From Candidatus Geocrenenecus arthurdayi (GTDB taxonomy: Archaea > Thermoproteota > Nitrososphaeria_A > Caldarchaeales > Wolframiiraptoraceae), in contig JAKCEX010000004.1 in the NCBI GenBank assembly GCA_023539395.1, positions 158 through 64,157 of the forward strand: a stretch of 64,000 bases of DNA, given 5' to 3'. Position numbers and translations under genes: made by a program. This document shows, in pieces, positions 57,588 to 64,000 of this stretch (position 1 is its first letter; each line of letters starts with the position of its first letter). The notes under the pieces are model-generated. The model worked only from the letters and a program-made list of their open reading frames with translations, did not search any database and had not been told where the DNA came from.

Positions 57588-60500
57588 ATGAGCAGCATTA
57601 CAAATATTGAAGATAAAATTGTAGAATTCTTTAAACAAGAGAAGTACCGTTCTATAATAGCAAGATCTGCAGCTCAAAGAGCAACAAGCATAGCTTTAGA
57701 TTTCAACGACTTAATAATCTTTGATGAAGAACTAAGCCATCTCATCGTAAATGAGCCTCTAAAGTACCTACCATTACTTGAGAAAGCAGCATGGAACCAA
57801 TTAAGAATAGAAGACCCAGAGTATGCAGCAAAAGTGAAAGAATTCAAAGTGAGAATTTACAACCTCCCAGAGGTAATCTTGATTAGAGATGTTAGAGCAT
57901 CCCATCTTAGGAAACTTATTGCTATTGATGGATTAGTTGTAAGAGCTAGTTCAGTTAAACCAATAATAAAGACTGCTGTCTTTAGATGTAGAGCATGCGG
58001 TTCAGAACAGACTATCCCTCAAGATGGGCAAAGGCTAATCCTACCTGAATCATGTAATAGTATTAAATGCAGAGGGAGAAAGCAGAAATTCGACTTAATA
58101 GAAGAGAAGAGTGAATACTATGACTACCAGATGATCGGGGTTCAAGAGAAACCTGAAGACTTACCGCCTGGACAGCTACCTAGAAGCATAGACGTAGGAT
58201 TAAGAGGAGACTTAGTAGATAAAGCTAGACCAGGTGATAGAGTCATAGTAACAGGTATACTATATGCAATTCAAGAGAGGACAGCTGAGGCACCATTAAG
58301 AACCTCTAAAATGTACCTTGAAGCAGTAAGCATAGAAACAGCAAGCAAGGAGCCTGAATCACTCCAGATAACACCTGAAGAAGAGAAGATGTTTAAAGAA
58401 ATGGCCCGTTCCCCAGATATACATCAGAAACTCATAGAGAGTATCGCACCATCAATCTACGGACTTGAACATATCAAGAAAGCAATAATGCTACTACTCT
58501 TCGGAGGAAGAACAAAACAATTCCCAGATGGTGTAAAAGTAAGAGGAGATATACATGTCTTACTAGTCGGAGACCCAGGAACAGGAAAAAGCCAACTACT
58601 AAGATATGCTGCACAGATCGCACCACGTGGACTCTACACCTCTGGAAGAGGTTCTACAGCAGCGGGATTAACTGCTGCAGTAGTGCGCGATAAAGGAGGG
58701 AATATGATATTGGAAGCTGGTGCACTGGTCCTCGCAGACATGGGTGTTTGCTGTATTGATGAAATAGAAAAGATGAGACCTGAAGATAGAGTAGCTATCC
58801 ATGAATCGATGGCGCAGCAATCTTATCATAGAGATTTTGAGATCTTAACGTATAATTGTGGGAAAATAAGAATAGGAGAATTTGTTGATTCATTATTTAG
58901 AAAATATTCAGCTTATTCAGTAAAATTTGATGACTGTGAGGTACTAGAGATACTGCCCGAAGTGATAATATACACCATTAATAATGAATCTTTGAAAACT
59001 GAGACATGTATTCCAGTCCGAGTGAGCAGACATAAAGCTCCAGATAAATTCATCAAAATAACATATTCAAATGGTAGAGAAATAATTGTTACACCAGAAC
59101 ATCCAGTATACGTATGGAGAGATGGTAGGATAGTTACTATCCGTGCAGATGAAGTAAGGATAGGTGAGTTTGTTCCAGCCGTAAAGTTTTTACCTAATAG
59201 TTCATCTCCAATAACACTAGAGATTGAGTTATTAAGAAGTGAGAAAGAAGAGCAAATTAAGCTCCCCCATACTTTATCAGCAACCTTGGCAAGGTTAATA
59301 GGGTATCTAACCTCGGAAGGCTACTTCTATTCTGGCAGGACATATGAGGTTAGGTTTTCAAGTAAGGATGAGATGCTAATAAAGGATGTACAAGATACAT
59401 GTAGAGAACTCTTCGGATTAAATCCTACTGTTACTGTGAGTAGGTACGGAGTGAAAACATTATGTTATCTTTCAAAAGAATTGTATGATTTCATTAAGCA
59501 TAACTTTCCGGAAATAGTTAGAAAACCCTCTGAGAGAAGAATACCAAGACAAATATTATGTGGGTCGGCTGACATTGCTAGGGAATTCTTGAAAGGACTA
59601 TTCTTGGGTAATGGAAACGTGGATCCATACTCTATAACGTTTAAGACATCTTCTAAAGGATTAGCTGAAGATTATCAAGACCTCCTTCTAAAAATAGGTG
59701 TAAGCTCCAAAATTATAAGGGATAAGAAAGGATACTATCGAGTAAGAATATTATCTGACAGCCTAGAACAATTTACTAAGAATATCATTCCTAAGAACAG
59801 TAGGTTATATCCGAAAGCTTTGAAACTAGTAAGAAAATCACAAAACGCACTTAGATCTCATGATGTTTTTCCACTGGATGTTGGAGAGACTCTGGTAAGG
59901 CTTATGAAGAGTGTGGGGCTAAATTATCGTTGTCGATTTGATCAACACTTGAAAAATTATCATGGTATAACGAGAAAAGCTCTTATAAAGGAATTACAAG
60001 AGGTATTGAGCAAAGTAAAACATGACCTTAACAAGGTTAAGGAAGTTAAAGACTTAAGAGAGTTAAGGAAGTTAATAGGGTATTCCCAGCAAAGATTAGC
60101 ATCCTGTACTGGATTAAATAAGTCATCAATAGACTATGCTGAAAAAGGAGGATATACCGATGAAAAGAGAAGGTGGATGTTAGAAATAGCAAAAGAAAAA
60201 ATTCTCCAAATCTATAAAGAAACTGAAGATAAACTGCAAGAACTAAATAGATTGTTAAGTTCAGACTTAAGGTTCATCCGAGTAGAAAAAGTCGATATAT
60301 TAAAGAATGAAAAAGAAATAGCTACCGAGTGGGTTTATGATATTACGGTTGAGCCTACTCACACCTTCATCTCACATGGCCTACTTCTTCATAATACTGT
60401 TAGTATAGCCAAGGGTGGGATCGTTGCAACCCTTAATGCTAGAACATCTATCCTTGCTGCAGCAAACCCTGAGCTTGGAAGATACAATCCATATGAATCG

Positions 60501-61184
60501 TTTACGGTTAATGTTAATCTTCCTATAACGATCTTGTCTAGGTTTGACTTGATATTTGTTCTTAGAGATGAACCTATCCCAGAGCATGACCAGAAGATCG
60601 CTACTCATATCCTCAGCTTACAGAGTAGGTCTACGCCACCTGTCGAACCTGTAATAAAACCAGAAGTACTGAGAAAATACATTGCATATGCTAAGAGAAT
60701 TCAGCCTGAGCTGACTCCACGTGCAGCGAAACTCATAGAGAACTTTTACCTACAAATGAGAAGCATATATCAGCAGACGTCAACTATAGCTATTACTGCC
60801 CGCCAATTAGAATCTTTGATCCGGTTGGCTGAAGCTAGAGCTAGAGCAGCCTTAAGAGATTATGTTACAGAAGAAGATGCATTGGATGTTATTGATTTAA
60901 TGAAGAGGAGCTTATCAGAAGTTGGTATAGATGTTGAGACAGGGAAACCAGATATAGACGTCATAATGACTGGAAAACCGAAAAGTATAAGAGATAAGTT
61001 TAGCATTGTCCTAAAAGTCATAGGAGAAATCCAAGATAAGAAAGGGTATGTTGAAGACGCTGAACTTAGAGAAGCTTTAAGAGAGTACGGAATAGAAGAC
61101 CAGGAAATTAAGATGATCCTGAATAGATTGTTAAGTGATGGAAAATTATTTACTCCTAAGCCTGGAATATACAGACTAACTTAG
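57588..61184 (+). CDS. mcm: MCM replicative helicase interrupted by an intein
   Basis: Zinc motif (CRACG...C..C), Walker A motif GDPGTGKSQ, Walker B motif CCIDEIEKM, and AIHESMAQQ|...|TVSIAKGGIVATLNAR..ILAAANP. The exteins total 673 aa. Confidence 0.95.
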   Translation: MSSITNIEDKIVEFFKQEKYRSIIARSAAQRATSIALDFNDLIIFDEELSHLIVNEPLKYLPLLEKAAWNQLRIEDPEYAAKVKEFKVRIYNLPEVILIRDVRASHLRKLIAIDGLVVRASSVKPIIKTAVFRCRACGSEQTIPQDGQRLILPESCNSIKCRGRKQKFDLIEEKSEYYDYQMIGVQEKPEDLPPGQLPRSIDVGLRGDLVDKARPGDRVIVTGILYAIQERTAEAPLRTSKMYLEAVSIETASKEPESLQITPEEEKMFKEMARSPDIHQKLIESIAPSIYGLEHIKKAIMLLLFGGRTKQFPDGVKVRGDIHVLLVGDPGTGKSQLLRYAAQIAPRGLYTSGRGSTAAGLTAAVVRDKGGNMILEAGALVLADMGVCCIDEIEKMRPEDRVAIHESMAQQSYHRDFEILTYNCGKIRIGEFVDSLFRKYSAYSVKFDDCEVLEILPEVIIYTINNESLKTETCIPVRVSRHKAPDKFIKITYSNGREIIVTPEHPVYVWRDGRIVTIRADEVRIGEFVPAVKFLPNSSSPITLEIELLRSEKEEQIKLPHTLSATLARLIGYLTSEGYFYSGRTYEVRFSSKDEMLIKDVQDTCRELFGLNPTVTVSRYGVKTLCYLSKELYDFIKHNFPEIVRKPSERRIPRQILCGSADIAREFLKGLFLGNGNVDPYSITFKTSSKGLAEDYQDLLLKIGVSSKIIRDKKGYYRVRILSDSLEQFTKNIIPKNSRLYPKALKLVRKSQNALRSHDVFPLDVGETLVRLMKSVGLNYRCRFDQHLKNYHGITRKALIKELQEVLSKVKHDLNKVKEVKDLRELRKLIGYSQQRLASCTGLNKSSIDYAEKGGYTDEKRRWMLEIAKEKILQIYKETEDKLQELNRLLSSDLRFIRVEKVDILKNEKEIATEWVYDITVEPTHTFISHGLLLHNTVSIAKGGIVATLNARTSILAAANPELGRYNPYESFTVNVNLPITILSRFDLIFVLRDEPIPEHDQKIATHILSLQSRSTPPVEPVIKPEVLRKYIAYAKRIQPELTPRAAKLIENFYLQMRSIYQQTSTIAITARQLESLIRLAEARARAALRDYVTEEDALDVIDLMKRSLSEVGIDVETGKPDIDVIMTGKPKSIRDKFSIVLKVIGEIQDKKGYVEDAELREALREYGIEDQEIKMILNRLLSDGKLFTPKPGIYRLT
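58821..60395 (+). mobile_element. 525-aa intein in MCM (Ser1 ... His-Asn, Thr+1) with a LAGLIDADG domain and an extra HTH
   Basis: The N-extein ends HESMAQQ and the C-extein resumes TVSIAKGGI. Block B is TPEH and blocks F/G are VYDITVEPTHTFISHGLLLHN. LAGLIDADG motifs: LIGYLTSEGYF and FLKGLFLGNGNV. Confidence 0.88.
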
Positions 61185-61185
61185 A

Positions 61186-63441
61186 GTGTATGCGTTATTA
61201 AAATCAAGACTAACAGATGTATTGCAATGTTCTTATAGAGAGGGAAAAGAAGACAATAATAATTTTTATCTATTCATGCATGCTCTTATGGTTAGGGAGG
61301 CACTGTTGAATATTAAAGATTTACCTATACCCCAGTACGTCATAGACAATCTAGTCAGGAAGAATATTAGTGAGCTTTATCCACCTCAGATTGAAGCTAT
61401 TAAAGCAGGTATACTTGATGGAGAGAATATCATACTTTCTACTCCTACAGCTTCAGGTAAGACTTTGGCTGCTCTACTTACAGCTTCCATCCACCTCATC
61501 CGAGGAGGTAAAGTCCTATATCTCGTACCTTTAAGAGCTTTAGCTTCAGAGAAGATAGTGGAGATCAATGAGATCTTGTGTGCTGGTTCAAGCTTTAAAG
61601 CAGCTATCTCAACAGGCGATTATGATTCTTCAGACCCGTGGCTTCAAGCATTCGATATTATTGTATCAACAAATGAGAAAGCTGATAGTCTTTTAAGGCA
61701 TGGCGCTCAATGGGTTAAAGACATATCGTTGGTAATCCTTGATGAACTCCACTTGATAAGTGATAGTGAACGAGGTCCAACACTTGAGATGGTGATAACT
61801 AGACTTAGAAGAACCTTGCCGAGAGCTCAATATATAGGATTAAGTGCAACTATAAGCAATGCTAGTGATCTTGGTAAATGGTTAAATGCAAAGATAATTC
61901 AGCTAGATTGGAGGCCTGTTCCACTAAAAGAAGGCGTATTGACAGACTCTGTGATAGAATTTAAAGATGGAGAAGTCAGAGAACTGAAAATTCTACATAA
62001 AAATACCGTGGTTAATGCTGTATTAAATATAGTTGAAGAGGGGGGTCAAGCTTTAGTCTTTTCTTCTACAAGGAAAAAGGCTGAAGAATATGCATTCAAG
62101 ATAGCTCAAGCATTCGCTGAGAGGCTTGATACAATATCTTGGGAAGAAAGAGATAGGCTGAGAGAGTACGCTACGGAACTATTAGTAGAAGAGAGGAGTA
62201 GCTTTACAGAGAATCTAGCTAAACTTGTAGAAGCAGGTGCAGCATTCCATCATGCTGGATTATCTTCCCATCATAGAAGGATAATCGAGGAAGCTTTCAG
62301 AAATAGATTCTTAAAAGCTGTAGTAGCTACTCCAACCTTAGCAGCAGGGGTAAATCTTCCTGCAAGAATGGTATTAATAACTGAAGTAAGGAGGTACATC
62401 CCAGGATACGGATATCAGAAGATTCCTGTAATAGAGTATAAGCAATTCTGTGGTAGAGCTGGTAGACCTTTATATGATGAGATCGGTTATGCTTTAACAG
62501 TCTCTCGAACAAAAGAAGAAAAAGAATACATTATCGAAGAATACATTAACGGAGAATTAGAAAAGATTGTCTCTAGACTATCCTCAGAGAAACATCTAAG
62601 AACTCATGTCTTATCAATAATAGCTTCAGCTGAAGTTGACAGTATCGCCAGTCTATTAAAATTCTTTGAAGAAACATACCTCGGTTACCTCTATGGTTCA
62701 AAGAGTGTAAGAAGCAGAATAGAGTCAACTATAGAATTCTTAAAATCATGCGGATTCATTGAGGTTAACGGTCAATTCCTGAAGGCTACGAGACTTGGAA
62801 TAAGAGTCTCTCAATTATACATAGACCCTCTAACAGCTAAGATACTATTAGAAAACTTTGAAAAAGCCCCTCCTACCCCAAATACTTTCGGCATGCTACA
62901 CTTAATTGCTTTAACGCCCGAAGTACCTAGAATACCTATGAAGAGATTAAGTATTTCACTGCTTGAAGAATATCTAGAAAAGAATAGAGATTGGATGATC
63001 GTGCCAGCACCGGACCCAGACGACCCAAGTTATGATGAATATTTAGATGCTGTTAGATTGGCCATGGTCCTAGAAGGATGGATTGAGGAATTACCAGAAG
63101 CTGAACTATATGACAGATTTGGAGTACAGCCTGGAGACATGGCTGCTCTTAGAGAGACTGCTGAATGGATAGCTTACTCTGCTTCACAGATAGCTAAGGT
63201 TTCTGGAAATAGTAGGTTCGTCCTACCATATGAAAAACTAACGGAAAGGATAAAGTATGGTGTTAGAGAAGAACTTATACCTCTCACTAGATTGAAGGGT
63301 ATAGGGAGAGTGAGGGCAAGAGCTCTATATAGAGCTGGATATACGTCTATCGAGAAGCTAAGAACCGCTACAATTGATGACCTAACAAGAATACTTGGGA
63401 TAGGTAGAAAGACAGCAGAGAAGATCCTAGAACAAGTCTAG
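61186..63441 (+). CDS. hel308: Hel308/Hjm Ski2-like DNA helicase
   Basis: LYPPQ.EA, TASGKT, DELH, SAT and HHAGL motifs, plus a C-terminal HhH domain (LKGIGRVRARALY...ILGIGRKTAEKI). The GTG start lies 1 nt after the MCM stop; Met35 (61288) is an alternative start. Confidence 0.9.
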   Translation: MYALLKSRLTDVLQCSYREGKEDNNNFYLFMHALMVREALLNIKDLPIPQYVIDNLVRKNISELYPPQIEAIKAGILDGENIILSTPTASGKTLAALLTASIHLIRGGKVLYLVPLRALASEKIVEINEILCAGSSFKAAISTGDYDSSDPWLQAFDIIVSTNEKADSLLRHGAQWVKDISLVILDELHLISDSERGPTLEMVITRLRRTLPRAQYIGLSATISNASDLGKWLNAKIIQLDWRPVPLKEGVLTDSVIEFKDGEVRELKILHKNTVVNAVLNIVEEGGQALVFSSTRKKAEEYAFKIAQAFAERLDTISWEERDRLREYATELLVEERSSFTENLAKLVEAGAAFHHAGLSSHHRRIIEEAFRNRFLKAVVATPTLAAGVNLPARMVLITEVRRYIPGYGYQKIPVIEYKQFCGRAGRPLYDEIGYALTVSRTKEEKEYIIEEYINGELEKIVSRLSSEKHLRTHVLSIIASAEVDSIASLLKFFEETYLGYLYGSKSVRSRIESTIEFLKSCGFIEVNGQFLKATRLGIRVSQLYIDPLTAKILLENFEKAPPTPNTFGMLHLIALTPEVPRIPMKRLSISLLEEYLEKNRDWMIVPAPDPDDPSYDEYLDAVRLAMVLEGWIEELPEAELYDRFGVQPGDMAALRETAEWIAYSASQIAKVSGNSRFVLPYEKLTERIKYGVREELIPLTRLKGIGRVRARALYRAGYTSIEKLRTATIDDLTRILGIGRKTAEKILEQV

Positions 63442-63457
63442 GCTGGAAGAGAGATTA

Positions 63458-63955
63458 TTATGATTGGTTCAGTCTTCTATAAAATTCATATACTGATTTT
63501 TCCTGGTTCTGCTCTATTGAGCCTGGTCTCATCTTTCTAACGATCCTTATCGCATCTTCAGGTGTAATGCTTTTCCTAGCTATAATATAGGAGGCCAGTA
63601 TGACTCCTGTTCTACCTAGCCCAGCACCACAATGTACAAGTACTCTTCCTCCCGCTTTAACTTCTTTCATTATTTCTTTAACGATTTTTTCTACTACTTC
63701 AACGCTTGGTGCAGAATGGTCTTTGATTGGAAAATGCAGATACTTGATGTTGAGCTCTTTCACCCATTCATTAGGCAGAGGTGACTCAGTTAGAGATATT
63801 ATCATAGAGATTCCTTTCTCTTTCACCCATTTAACCTGCTCGAAGCTTGTAGGTTTACCGGAGCCTGCAACGTATTCATCTATCCAACCAAATCGATGGG
63901 GTGTATCTTGAAATATTGACCTAATCTTTCTATATATCTCTCCTCCCAAGCTCAT
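63458..63955 (-). CDS. Dual-specificity / Cys-based protein phosphatase
   Basis: CX5R active site VHCGAGLGRTG and an upstream D-loop (IKDHSAP). Confidence 0.85.
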   Translation of the reverse strand: MSLGGEIYRKIRSIFQDTPHRFGWIDEYVAGSGKPTSFEQVKWVKEKGISMIISLTESPLPNEWVKELNIKYLHFPIKDHSAPSVEVVEKIVKEIMKEVKAGGRVLVHCGAGLGRTGVILASYIIARKSITPEDAIRIVRKMRPGSIEQNQEKSVYEFYRRLNQS

Positions 63956-64000
63956 GAAATATCTCTAGTAACCTAGTATTAAAATACAGTTATTATTCTT

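Noticed and set aside
59868-59878. TTTCCACTGGA (reverse complement TCCAGTGGAAA), which matches the core of archaeal mini-ORB origin recognition boxes
   Set aside because: It is a single copy inside the intein coding region of mcm, with no partner repeat and no adjacent AT-rich unwinding element. The related CCAGTGG hits at about 39300 and 29447 are also inside coding regions. Most likely coincidental.

Overview
This is an archaeal chromosomal window, AT-rich, densely packed, with genes on both strands. The gene content points to Thermoproteota/TACK. It includes crenactin, GINS next to MCM, aIF2-gamma followed by a PIN protein, ribosomal proteins L7Ae/S28e/L24e/L35Ae, Rpo12, and an intron-containing tRNA with no encoded CCA. 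Most of the window is core housekeeping:
- Translation: AsnRS, GluRS, aEF-2, aIF2-gamma, S4, Trbp111/CsaA and Mtq2-like genes.
- Replication: DNA ligase, RFC small and large subunits, Orc1/Cdc6, a GINS candidate, MCM and Hel308.
- Molybdenum cofactor synthesis: MoeA, MoaB and MoaC.
- Isoprenoid and nucleotide metabolism: IDI2, Ndk and Dcd.
- Transport: one ECF system, one APC permease, one amino-acid ABC system and one PadR-controlled ABC-2 exporter.

The observations most worth a second look are:
1. A four-gene, translationally coupled crenactin operon (41041-44351) with two uncharacterised partners and a metallo-beta-lactamase-fold (MBL) protein.
2. A free-standing HTH-LAGLIDADG gene lying antisense inside an amino-acid ABC transporter cluster (34.6-36.3 kb).
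3. A 525-aa intein in MCM that starts with Ser, has a degenerate second LAGLIDADG motif and carries an extra Cro/C1-like HTH.
4. An unannotated 48-aa Lys/Ala-rich gene with a textbook BRE/TATA promoter and an oligo-T terminator (10923-11069).
5. A GAR-repeat tract that encodes either a 40-aa poly-Glu/aromatic peptide or a poly-basic peptide, depending on frame (5803-5956).
6. A near-consensus K-turn hairpin that buries the Shine-Dalgarno sequence and start codon of the L7Ae gene.
7. An ECF transporter co-transcribed with a type I phosphoribosyltransferase, whose fused ATPase has a degenerate first nucleotide-binding domain.

I saw no CRISPR array, no rRNA and no recognisable defence system. 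Every functional call comes from reading motifs in the supplied translations; no database search was run.
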